A DNA stretch of 64,000 bases from Leucoraja erinacea (Eukaryota), in the NCBI RefSeq assembly GCF_028641065.1, contig NC_073380.1, positions 91,388,001 through 91,452,000 on the forward strand, read 5' to 3'. A program made the position numbers and the translations under genes. This document shows, one piece after another, positions 11,161-22,579 of the stretch. The first letter of the stretch is position 1; each line of letters begins with the position of its first letter. Below the pieces are notes generated by a model. It worked only from the letters and a program-made list of their open reading frames with translations. It made no database searches and was not told the DNA's origin.

Positions 11161-12236
11161 AACCATATAACCATATAACAATTACAGCACGGAAACAGGC
11201 CATCTCGGCCCTACAAGTCCGTGCCGAACAAATTTTTTTTTCCCCTTAGTCCCACCTGCCTGCACTCATACCATAACCCTCCATTCCCTTCTCATCCATA
11301 TGCCTATCCAATTTATTTTTAAATGATACCAATGAACCTGCCTCCACCACTTCCACTGGAAGCTCATTCCACACCGCTACCACTCTCTGAGTAAAGAAGT
11401 TCCCCCTCATATTACCCCTAAACTTCTGTCCCTTAATTCTGAAGTCATGTCCTCTTGTTTGAATCTTCCCTATTCTCAAAGGGAAAAGCTTGTCCACATC
11501 AACTCTGTCTATCCCTCTCATCATTTTAAAGACCTCTATCAGGTCCCCCCTTAACCTTCTGCGCTCCAGAGAATAAAGACCTAACTTATTCAACCTATCT
11601 CTGTAACTTAGTTGTTGAAACCCAGACAATATTCTAGTAAATCTCCTCTGTACTCTCTCTATTTTGTTGACATCCTTCCTATAATTGGGCGACCAAAATT
11701 GTACACCATACTCCAGATTTGGTCTCACCAATGCCTTGTACAATTTTAACATTACATCCCAGCTTCTATACTCAATGCTCTGATTTATAAAGGCTAGCAT
11801 ACCAAGAGCTTTCTTTACCACCCTATCGATATGCGATTCCACCTTCAAGGAACTATGCACGGTTATACCCAGATCCCTCTGTTCAACTGTATTCTTCAAT
11901 TCCCTACCATTTACCATGTACGTCCTATTTTGATTTGTCCTGCCAAGGTGTAGCACCTCACATTTATCAGCATTAAACTCCATCTGCCATGTTTCAGCCC
12001 ATTTTTCCAAATGGCCTAAATCACTCTGTAGACTTTGGAAATCCTCTTCATTATCCACAACACCCCCTATCTTGGTATCATCTGCATACTTACTAATCCA
12101 ATTTACCACACCTTCATCCAGATCATTGATGTACATGACAAACAACAAAGGACCCAACACAGATCCCTGAGGCACCCCACTAGTCACCTGCCTCCAACCC
12201 GATAAACAGCCATCCACCATTACCCTCTGGCTTCCC
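11161..12236 (-). mobile_element. CR1 subfamily B, 5'-truncated, with open RT C-terminal ORF (11246 to about 12236)
   Basis: SGVPQGSVLGPLLF, YINDL, KYADDTK, W..TWQM.FN..KC motifs; (aaccatat)n tail. The first ~80 aa of the listed ORF are read-through of flanking DNA. Confidence 0.95.
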
Positions 12237-12479
12237 TTTGGGAGAACTTGGAACTGTTTTGGGAGAGTAAAATGCTCACGGCAGACAAAACGTGTTAAAC
12301 AGAAATTGGTCAGATATTGAGTTATACACAGTAAGAAATCATGTGAAATAATCACTGAATTTAATTTTAAATGAATGTACCTGCATGTTATACTGTTTAG
12401 TTTGGAAATACAACCAGATAGTCTGGTTGATACAACCAGATTAATTTGGATATACAACCAGACAGTCCACCGAGTTCGC

Positions 12480-12874
12480 ACCGACCAGCGATTTTTGTTA
12501 CAGATTTGACAATTTTATTTGGCGGCCAATCAATCGCTGTCTCTAAGGGGGTTGCATCCAATCACCAACCAGCTTGCTTTAAAATTCCCGTCCAATCAAC
12601 AAATAGGTCTCCTCCCGTCCAATCAGCCGCTGTCTACAAGGGCATTGTGTCCAATCACATAATGCATTTTAATGGTAATTAGCAGCTACGGTAAATGTTG
12701 GAAGCCAGCGGAGCTACTGACAGTCAAACGAGATGGGGGAGCAGGAGAGATTCACACAGTGTATAATCCATCGCACCTAATGTACAATTTCATAATATAT
12801 ACTAAATAACTGGGAACCTGGGGCCCACCAAAATTGTTCCCAATTGGGCCCCGCACATCCTAAGGCTGGCCCTG
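12480..12874. mobile_element. One end of a probable hAT-like DNA transposon with a CCAAT-box array
   Basis: Ends in gggccccgc...aaggctggccctg (CAGGGCC-type TIR with GGGCCC subterminal motifs); five CCAATC motifs. The partner TIR was not found. Confidence 0.5.
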
Positions 12875-13015
12875 CCTATCCATGTACCTATCTAAACATT
12901 TCTTAAACTCTGTGATAGTACCTGCCTCAACTACCTCCTCTGGCAGCTCATTCCATACACTCACCACCCATTGCCTGAAAAAGTTACCCCTCAGATGCCT
13001 ATTAAATCGGTCCCC
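12875..13015 (-). mobile_element. Old CR1 fragment
   Basis: gtacctgcctcaactacctcctctggcagctcattcc is the antisense of the WNELP.EVVEAG region. Confidence 0.7.
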
Positions 13016-14124
13016 CCCATAACATGGCCAGCTCTAGATAACCATGCAACTTAAGCTCTTTATCTCCTTCCCCACTTCATTGTGTCACTGTTCCAGATCC
13101 AACCCACTACAGTTGTACTTTACAGTTGCAAACATATAAATAGTTAGAGCAAACGTTCTTGACTTCTTGGTCACGGACATTTTTCTTGCACATAATTCCT
13201 GCGGTCCTGTTGGAAATCTCTATGAAATCCGCACATGAATCTCAACTCTGGTGAATGTCGGCTTTATCGATCCAATTTCTCTTTATCTGTCAGTCCTGCC
13301 AAGGATAATTCTGGGGAGCTCTGCGGAGATGAACTGTCGGGCCATGAAAAACCAAGCGATTCTCTCTCATTTTGGAAACATTTTACTGACCAGCTTAAAA
13401 ATATTGTAAATAAGAAAGGAAGATTGCTTGACTGGCCAAGGTGATGTGAAACTGGGGGACATGATACCTCGGAATGCATCCAACTGAAGTCAGCAAGCCG
13501 AACTCCAGCCTATTGCTGCAGTACCTTTACTGCAAAGTTGATTTGTTTTTGATTAAATTCACCTTGAATTAAGCAGGAAATGTTTTGGTCAAGGTCTTGC
13601 TCATGCATAATTTTCATGCCAGCGATGGGCTCCTCGAAGGTTGGAGGGCACACTGGTTTACAAAGACAGGAGCATTATACCTAGCACCTTGCAATGTATT
13701 TATTCTACAGCTAAATGGAAGCTCTGTCCCCGTGAGCCAGCAAGGTGTAATTGCTGTTCCGTGCTCAGGTTAATTAGCAGCTAATTAGTCATAGCAGATG
13801 CTCAGGTCAACGTCGCTCTCAGACTTGCTTTCTGTTCAGCACTGATCAAGGTGAGGGCATCAATGATGAAGAGCAAAATACTTTCCATTTCCAGAGCCTG
13901 TAATGAGGACTGTTATTCAGGCTAAATGCACTGTAATATATTTGGAGAGGTCGCTCCATAACATAAGGGATTATGGTATTGAATTATCATGCATAGACAT
14001 TTGGTTAACCAAAAACCAAAGAATCAGGATCACACTTTTTCAGTTGGATGATTATATTAATGTCCAGATACACCAAGTAATTAGAAAAAAGGCAAATGTA
14101 GTGACAGTGGAAATAAAAAAGGAA

Positions 14125-14335
14125 ATCTGAAATAACATTGAGCAGATCAGGCAATATCCATGGAAAGAGGAACAACTAACATTTCAGATCCAGAACCTCT
14201 CCCAGTTCTGAAGTTATCCAGAACTGGGAGAGCTTCTAAAACTAATTTGTGTTTTTCTCTTCTCCACTTCTGACCCAAGGGTTCCCTGACCTGAAGTGTT
14301 AAGTGTTTCCCTTTCCACTGACAATGCCAGACTTT
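14125..14335. mobile_element. Old Penelope-tail fold-back remnant
   Basis: Minus-strand tail followed by a plus-strand tail (ctga...aagggtt...gacctgaa.tgtt); internal hairpin ctctcccagttctg / cagaactgggagag. Confidence 0.5.
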
Positions 14336-14356
14336 TAAAACGTTTCTGACATTTTC

Positions 14357-14765
14357 ATAGAAACATAGACATAGAAACATAGAAAATATGTGCAGGAGTA
14401 GGCCATTCGGCCCTTCGAGCCTGCACCGCCATTCAATATGATCATGGCTGATCATCCAACTCAGTATCCCGTACCTGCCTTCTCTCCATACCCCCTGATC
14501 CCTTTAGCCACAAGGGCCACATCTAACTCCCTCTTAAATATAGCCAATGAACTGACCTCAACTACCTTCTGTGGCAGAGAATTCCAGAGATTCCCCACTC
14601 TCTGTGTGAAAAATGTTTTTCTCATCTCGGTCCTAAAAGATTTCCCCCTTATCCTTAAACTGTGACCCCTTGTTCTAGACTTCCCCAACAGCGGGAACGA
14701 TCTTCCTGCATCTAGCCTGTCCAACCCCTTAAGAATTTTGTAAGTTTCTATAAGATCCCCCCCTC
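14357..14765 (-). mobile_element. Young CR1 subfamily A 3' end
   Basis: DRLDAGR...GYGEKAGTGY*; (catagaaa)n tail. Confidence 0.95.
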
Positions 14766-14924
14766 AATGTGAGATCCAGTCGGTACTGGAGAGTTGGAGG
14801 ACTTCTGTTACAAGTTGGTTAGAGATTGACCAATGCAACGGGATGTGATAACTTCGGAAAGAGAAGTATGCCAGATCAGTGAAAGGCGAAAACTGACCAT
14901 ACATCTCTTGATAGTCCCTCATAA

Positions 14925-15225
14925 CCATTGAGTCCTTGCCGACCATCAACCACCGATTTATTCTATTCCTACATTAATCCCATTATGTTATTCTCCCCAC
15001 ATTCTCAGCAACACTGTCCAAATTCTACCACTCACTAACGCGCTCGGGGCAATTTATATTTGCTAATTAACCTATCACCCTATGGAATGTGGAATTAAAT
15101 CGGCACTCCCTTAAAATACCCATGTATTCACAAATATAACATGCAAACATATCATAGACAACACCCAAGGTCAGGATGGAATCTGGGTCTGTCACTCCGA
15201 GACAACATCTCGATTACGCCACTGC
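14925..15225 (-). mobile_element. Degenerate tRNA-derived HE1/V-SINE-like SINE
   Basis: Antisense match to the full-length SINE at 26555-26912. Confidence 0.6.
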
Positions 15226-15599
15226 ATTTAAGTGAGTACCTTTTGAGAGAGGACGAGGGTGAGTTTAACGAGTAAACTTTACTAAGGGCCCCATAACTTT
15301 GCCTATATCCTCCTACTGATGCAGGAAATGCTAATATGGCCATTTCAGCATATCATATTTATGGAAAGAGAGATATCTGATTATAATCTCGAATCATGAT
15401 TTCTGTCTTCATTGTCTTAAAATGCATCCCTGTTTGATTGCATTAAAGGCACCATTACTCAGCATTGATAGTTGTATCAATTACAAAACAGCAATAAGTG
15501 AACCCTCGTTTTAATGAACCAAAGAGGGGGAAATTGGTGTCCGTTATTGCCGATTGTCCACTATAATCGTGTAAGGTATTATCATTGTATATTGTAGTT

Positions 15600-15740
15600 A
15601 AAACAAAGAACTGCAAATGTTGATTAATACACAAACAAACACAAAATGCTGGAGTAATTCAATGGGTTAGGCTGCATCGCTGGTGAACATGGACAGGTAG
15701 ATGTTGGGACCCTTCGAGTTACACCAGCATTTTGTGTCGT
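15600..15740. mobile_element. Penelope-tail fold-back unit
   Basis: acacaaaatgctggagtaa ... ttacaccagcattttgtgt inverted arms. Confidence 0.7.
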
Positions 15741-16351
15741 TTCACCATAAAACTAGGCGCCGCTGCCGCCTACACCGTGGACGCGGCTATTGTTGCGGCT
15801 CGCGATGTAGCCCCTGGCACAGCGCTTTCTTCAGGCCTCTGCCAACTACACAATGCACTCGGTCACTTTGTCAGGTCCCCGCTCCACTGCTGCTGTCTTC
15901 TCCTCCTTCTCCCGTTGATCTGTTCATTCAACCTCTCCCCTGCAGTTGCCAACATCTTCCAAGATGGAGTATGTCAGTGACTCCGGGGGGAAAGGAGGAT
16001 GAGGTGGCACTGGCGAGGGGGGAGGGGCTGAGTGGACAGAGCAACGGGTGATGGAGGATCAGGCGGCGGTTGAGCAGGGTTGCGGGCAAAGCAACGGCTG
16101 ACAGGAAGAAACGGCAGCTGCTGAGAGGGGAGGGAACCCCAAGGTGACTCAGCACGTCCTGTCGGTGGCGGCTTCCTGAAGAAAGTGCTGTCCCCAAGGG
16201 CTACAACGTGAGCCGCAACAACACCCGTGTCAACCGGACCATGCGGTGGGTTAAGAAGGGCTCGCTGGTGCACCTTGCAAGCAGGAGGAGTCAGAGCAAG
16301 CTGGGGGTGGCGTCCGCTATAACCAAAATCCTTTAAAAAGGGGTCCGTTTC

Positions 16352-16782
16352 AACAAAATAGAGAGAGTACAGAGGGATTTACTAGAACTACTTATTACAG
16401 AATGTTGAATAAGTTAGGTCTTTATTTGGAGGCACGGATAGAGTCTTTAAAATGATGAGAGGGATTTGTTGTGGACAAGCTTTTCCCACTGAGAGTTTCA
16501 AACAAGAGGACATGACTTCAGAATTAATACAGAAGTTTAGGGTCTAACATGAGGGGGAACTTCTTTTCAGAGTGGTGGCGGTGTGGAATGAGCTTCCAGT
16601 GGAAGTGGTGGAGGCAGGTTCATTGGTATCATTTAAAATAAATTGGATAGGCATATGGATGAGAAGGGAAAGGGTTATGGTATGAGTGCAGGCCAGGGGA
16701 AAAAAAAAAAATTGTTCGGCACGGACTTGTAGGGCCGAGATGGCCTGTTTCCGTGCTGTAATTGTTATATGTTATATGGTTA
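16352..16782 (+). mobile_element. CR1 subfamily B 3' end with many micro-deletions
   Basis: Colinear with 11161-11670 (antisense) and 37905-38302; (atatggtt)n tail. Confidence 0.85.
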
Positions 16783-16878
16783 AATAAGGGTTTACTGTAT
16801 TAAAAAGTATGAATTTAGGCACAAGTTTGTTGTTCTCATTTTGCAACATTGGTATACAATGTCTTCTTAATTTTTCAG

Positions 16879-17094
16879 GTCAGACTCTTCTCTTGACAAA
16901 ACCATGGATACTCTTGCCTGGCATGCTTGGTTTGTGAGCCAGATGTTCGTGGATCAGCTCAGAGCTTTACACTGGTGCTCACCGGAGACTTGGCTATTTG
17001 TGCTTCTTGTAGCTTTAATCTGGTTTGTGCGGCTCTATCTGCATTACTGCAGCCAGTGGATCTATCTCCAGGCGATTGGTGTCACCGTCAACAA
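16879..17094 (+). CDS. OFCC1: Internal coding exon A of OFCC1/ojoplano (multi-pass membrane protein)
   Basis: Acceptor tttttcag|G, donor AA|gtaggt, 216 nt, phase 2 to phase 2. Encodes SDSSLDKTMDTLAW...TWLFVLLVALIWFVRLYLHYCSQWIYLQAIGVTVNK; WFVRLYLHY.SQW..LQAI is recalled from vertebrate Ofcc1. Joins the next exon in frame (AA|G=K). Confidence 0.88.
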
Positions 17095-19527
17095 GTAGGT
17101 CTTGATGTTTATGCATAAGGTGCCAGGAACCTGCTTAAAGCAAACTTTTGCTGCCTCAGTAACTAGTTTACTGCTCTTTATCAAAGCAATTGAAATGACA
17201 TGATGAATGTAGTTGTGGAGAAAAAAGACACAGGATATCAATATTATATATTTATTATACCACAGTGACCTCTGGAAGAGTTTATGCTGAGAACTCTTAT
17301 TTATTTTTGAAACATTGTTCATAGCCTGCCGTGTGGCAATTGTAGAATAAAGTTTACAAAGTAACTGCACAGCGTTAGTAGAATTTAAAAGATGACAGTG
17401 ACTTGCTATCACGTGACGATGCCATGTAATTAATGTCATACCATCAATCCCAGATGGTGTGCATCATTCAGCTTTTGTTTAAAATTGCTCGAAAACACGA
17501 TTTTCATCCATCAACTTTACACCTTGCATCTTCGTTCTGTCTTTGCAGAATTTAGCATTCAAGATTTAGAATAGACGCTGTAAAAGGAAACTGTCTTCAT
17601 GAAAAAGTGTCTTCATTTCTTTTCAAACCAATGGCATCAATCCCATTGAAATGCTTCATCCTGTTGCTGGCACGTGAGATTGGAACACAAATCATGCACG
17701 GCTCATTCTGCCTCTGATCTCTGTGTATATGTGTCTCTCTCTTTTCTCTCTCCCCCCCCCCCTCTCACTGTCTGAATCCCTCCCTGAAACATACTGCCAC
17801 AAAACAATTTCTCCCCCAATTAAAAGCGATATATATATATATTAAACATGCTTAAAATTATGCTTCACACATTCATTTCATGTTCACGTTTCCACTGTTT
17901 GACCAGAGCCAGTAATCTGTTTAAATTAAATAAGATGCCTTCATTGAGGTAGGGCAGAAATTTGCCCATGGCAAATCTTTCACATGGTAATTTTAAGCCC
18001 TGATAGTTTACAGATTCAATTTGACTTTATGGGATGCGGAACAGCCAAGATTTATTGCCTATCTCTACTTACCCTTGAGAAGGTGGTGACGAACCGCTTT
18101 CTTGAGCCAGCGGAGGCTTGGTAGTTTTTAATTTATTTCGATGTAGCAGGTTGATATATCTGTGGATTGCTGGACAACTTCAGATGCCATTTAAGAGCCA
18201 ACCATATTGCACGAGTGAGATTGGGTAAAGGTGGTACATGTCCTTTAATGAAGGACTTTAGTGAACCTAGTGGATTTCTCATGGACGCTCTTGGCATTAA
18301 TTCTAAGATATTTAATTAACTGATTTTTCAATTCCCCTGGAACTATGATGAGATATCTCTGGATTTTTAGTCTAGGCCTTTGAATTGCTGCACTACTACT
18401 GTCCTTAACAATTATGTGTAAATGTAATCTTCAAAAACAGAAATGAAAATCTGTTGATACTTTCAAATATTTTCTAATCCCGATGCATCCAATGATTGGC
18501 ACAAAAAGGAAATAAAACAAATCGACAGAAGCTGGAAACATTAATTGCATATGGTACACAATATGTCTTTTCCGCAGCTTACAGTTTAGAAGAAGGTTGG
18601 TGCTGGTGAGGTCATATTAAATAAATGAATGGTGTTCGTTCTTTTGTGTTAAACTTTCATATGTAAGCATTTAAAGAAGTGGAATCCGAATATCCACAGT
18701 TCAAATACATCCAAAAATCTGAATACTCACAAGTTTAGTATTCTTAAAAAGGATCATGACTTTCCAAAGGTCATTGCTTAGCTTTTCATGCATTATCTTG
18801 CTGAATCCCACATAATATATCTAATAAGTAAATATTTTTTGTGCATTTAAAATAAACAACAGAATACTACAAATAAATACAAATTAAAAATTGTACTGCA
18901 TATACAGAACCACTTTGGCAAAGGATAGACATAGACGAATATTTGTAATATGAATGTGACAATACTTAAAATATTACATGCCCTAAGAATTTAGACTGGA
19001 TAACTTGCATTGTATATATTACAAGGCAACTGGCCTAGAGATATGATGGAAATACAAACCGAAAAATCTCCCAGTCTAAATTGAGCATTTTTATTTATAT
19101 TTTTTACCTGTTTTTTCCCCCTGTAAATGTTCCCTCATGCCTCCTTTCCCCTGGGTTTCTGAAACTGTTTGCTGACTGAGAGACCATCTGCTACCACGCC
19201 ACTATTAATGACGCGATGTATCTGTCCTCTTGGAAATGTCAGGTGGGCTAGGGTGACTCCACCCAGCCATTAACAGCATCTTTCATGTGGAAACAATGTT
19301 TTTCTCTTGACAATCCAGCCAAATGCCCCCATGGGGGGTTTCATGGCAGTAAGCTTACCTTGGCAAATCAGCCATTTTGCTATCCGTGAGAGGACTCTAT
19401 TACTAATCATTGAAACACTTAAAGAGATCATAAGGATTATTATATAAATGCACCTCTTATTATTGATCAATGAGATTGTACATGAAGGTACAATCACATT
19501 AATACTTCTGTCTGTTTTGTTTTTAAG

Positions 19528-19780
19528 GTTCCACTTTTATCCACACACAGTCGAACTTAGCTACCAGAATTCTCTATTGGCGATTCATGCGGAGTTGACC
19601 ATTGTAGCCCTGGGACCCCTGACCTTGAACGTTACGTTACTTATTATGGCTATGATCAGATTGGGCTGTCACGTACGATCTGTCTCATTCCCATCCTTCT
19701 TGTCAAGGCTTTTCATGGCAATGGGATTTTGGACAGCACTTGATCCTCTGGCAATATTTATTGTGGATGGCATCCTAGGG
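19528..19780 (+). CDS. OFCC1: Internal coding exon B of OFCC1/ojoplano
   Basis: Acceptor tgtttttaag|G, donor GGG|gtaagt, 253 nt, phase 2 to phase 0. Encodes FHFYPHTVELSYQNSLL...LGPLTLN...MGFWTALDPLAIFIVDGILG. Confidence 0.9.
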
Positions 19781-20149
19781 GTAAGTCCGTTAAATTAACT
19801 CCTATGTACAGACTCTAAATAGATGCCTGTGCATCCTGAAAATAAAAACTGAACACGGTGTTGTGGCGAAATGATTGCAGATAATTAACATTTTGACAGT
19901 AGATGGAAGATCAAGGCCACTAAGTGGAGTCAGTGCTGGATTTTGCTGTGTTACATCCACACTCACTCAGCCCCTTCCCTGTTGCTTGAGCCTTCTCTGA
20001 TTTTGATGCCGGCTTAACTGCTCTGCAGACATGCATTGAGGCCTTGATTGGAACAAGGGCTTTGAGCAACGTAATTGGCAGGTGTGTGTGGACTGGAACT
20101 GTACCATACATTGGTATGACCACACTTGGAATATAGTATGCACTTCTGG

Positions 20150-21302
20150 TCATTATAGGAAGGATGTCATTAAATTTGAAGGAATGGAGAAAAGATTCAC
20201 AAGGATGTTGCTGGGACTGCAGGGTTGAGTTAAAAGGAGGAGTTGGATAAGATGGACCTTTTTATCCCTGGAGAGTAGTAGTCTGGGAAGTGATTTTGTA
20301 GAAGTATATAAAACCATGTAGATAAGATTAATGGTCACAGTCATTTTTCCAGGGTAGGGGCATCTAAAACTTGACGGCATGGATTTAAGGTGAGAGGGGA
20401 AAGGTTTAAAGGATACCTGAGGAACATCTTTTCAACATAGATAATGGTGGGATTGTGAAATAAAATGCCAGCGGAATGGTAGGTGCAGGAAAAGTTAAAA
20501 AAATTGAAAGACATTTGGGTAAATACATGAATAGAATATGTTCAGAGGGACATGATATGGGCCAAATGGGACAAGATCATAGAACATAGTACAGCACAGG
20601 AACAGTCCTTTGGCCCACAGTGTCTGTGCCGAATATGATGCCAAGATCAACTTTTACCTGCCTGCATTTAATCAATATCTCTCCATTCCCGGCATATCCA
20701 TATGCCTGTCCAAAATACTCTTAAATGTCACTATCACATTTGCATCCATCACCACCCCCAGCAGTGCGTTCCAGGCATTCACTACCTTCTGTGTAAATAA
20801 ACTTATCCTACACGTCTCCTTTAAACTGTGCCCCTCTAGTATTTGATACTTCCATCCGGGGAAAAAGGTTCTGTGTCTATCATATCTATGCCTCTCATAA
20901 TTCTCTATACTTCTATCAGGTCTCCCTGAAACCTGCTTTCCAAAGAGCCTTTCCCTTTAACTAATATCCCCTAACCCATGCATCATTCTGGTAAATCTCT
21001 GCACCCTTTCCAAAGCCTCGCCATCCCTCCTGTAATGGGTCTACTGGAACACACACAATACTACAAATGTGGCTTAACTGAATCCTATAAAGTTGCATCA
21101 TTACTTGCTGAATCTTATACTCAATTCCCCAACTCATAAAGGCAAACATACCATATGCCTTCTTTACCATTCTATCTACTTGTGTCGCCACTTTCAGGGA
21201 GTTATGGACATCAAGGTGTACTAGTTCAGGTAGGTAAGTTGGTTGGCATGGAAAAGATGGTGCAAAGGACCTGTTTCTGGACTGTATAACTTTGTGACTC
21301 TA
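20150..21302. mobile_element. Two old CR1 3' fragments, nested (minus copy about 20578-21210 inside the tail of a plus copy)
   Basis: The plus copy's 3' UTR breaks at about 20575 and resumes at about 21225. The minus copy encodes VDRMVKKAYGMFAFM. Confidence 0.7.
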
Positions 21303-22372
21303 CAAACAAGTTCTGTCCATTGAATGTCCCTGGAATGCTTTGACAAATGGCAAAGCCACATCCCACAACTCTACCCTTTATTGAAGCTGACAAGTTTGTT
21401 CAATGCTCCTGAATTCCCCTGACATTTAGAAACTTTCAAAATCCATTAAAAATTAAATAAACGATTAGAACCATTAAAATTATACAAAAAAAAGAGACAA
21501 ATGCTTATAAATAATTAACCACATTAAAGCAAACACAGTAAATTATAAATAGTAAATTATCTTATCTTTCCTTTATTTCTTGCAGTCGTACGATGACCAT
21601 CCAACTGAAAGAACTTGTGTATGTTAATTCAGATCTAACCTGATACAGAGTCACAGAGTAAATACCCCAATGTAAATGCTGGGAAGTTTCACCACCAGTG
21701 AAGTCCATGTGGGATCTAATGGTGAAGCTTAGCTTGGAAATGGTCAGCGAAAATCAGTCGGCAGGATTGCAATTGCTCCCTTTTTTGGCAAGAGTCCTGA
21801 AACGTGCAGGTCACTTTAATCTGGAACTGCTGTCAAACCCTTCAAATCCTGGGCCAGTGCACTATCGGCAAGTTCCATGAAAAACACTGTTGGTTCAGGA
21901 TACTGATGGAGTGCAATAGATGGGGATTATCCACAAGACTAACACCAACATGTTTCCTGTCCTCTGACACATCAACAACCTTGTAATATCCCAAGATTAA
22001 CAATAAAGCAGACTAATAATAGCCCTCTCGGGTGTCCTCAGGTGAAAAAAGCTGATCATGTGACCATGTGGGCAGGACTATATAGGTGGTAGAGACCTGG
22101 GAAATATTGTAGAACAGAGAGATGTGGAGTACAGAAGCATGGTCAGCCAAATATGATGACGCAGGCAATGATATTACTTATGGTTCCATCTACCTTTATC
22201 TATTATCTCAATTGCAGTTGGGAATTGTACGGGATAACTTGTGGAATTTTAAGTATTTTGCTATTTTTGAGGTTCCGGCAACTTTGTTCATAGGCATGGA
22301 GTCCATTAAAGAATGAACCACCTCCTCCCATATGACCTGGTTCTGCTCTTGCATATCTTGTTGACATGAGTC

Positions 22373-22517
22373 GACACAAATTGCTGGAGTAAGAGGGAAT
22401 TTGAACCCAATAAGCTAAGGGAGCCCAAAACACCACCTATCCCTTTTCTAGAGAGATGCAGTCAGACCTGCTGAGTTACTCCAGCACTTTGTGCCGATCT
22501 TTGGTATAACCAGCATC
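22373..22517. mobile_element. Penelope-tail fold-back unit with foreign filler at the junction
   Basis: acacaaattgctggagtaa ... ttactccagcactttgtg inverted arms. Confidence 0.7.
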
Positions 22518-22579
22518 ACTTTATGATATGGCTGTTCTATTATTCCAAATGGAATACTCTGACAATAGGTACTCAATTG

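Larger units (their letters stand above)
15496..16797. mobile_element. Tc1/pogo (Tigger-like) non-autonomous element with a GC-rich core and two nested insertions
   Basis: Left end agtgaaccctcgtt; right end aataagggtttactg|ta (imperfect TIR plus TA). Subterminal gtccgttatt/gtccgctataac motifs at both ends. Confidence 0.55.

Noticed and set aside
12405-12465. atacaaccaga x3 as a CRISPR-like array
   Set aside because: 11-bp unit with spacers of about 11-12 bp, no cas genes, eukaryotic context; a local micro-duplication.
12237-12481. N-terminal 80 aa of the 411-aa ORF as a novel RT fusion
   Set aside because: Chance open frame in flanking DNA beyond the CR1 5' truncation; no protein-like motifs.
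13235-13444. 69-aa ORF as an upstream OFCC1 exon
   Set aside because: No recognisable homology and no convincing splice pair; kept only as a possible non-coding island.
14438-14665. Recurrent 75-aa ORF MIMADHPTQYPVPAFSPYPLIP... (seven copies)
   Set aside because: Antisense frame of the CR1-A 3' end; it recurs only because the copies are near-identical.
21586-21630. Strong acceptor ctttatttcttgcag as the next OFCC1 exon
   Set aside because: The required phase-0 frame stops after 13 codons, and exon C at 35406 supplies the expected sequence.
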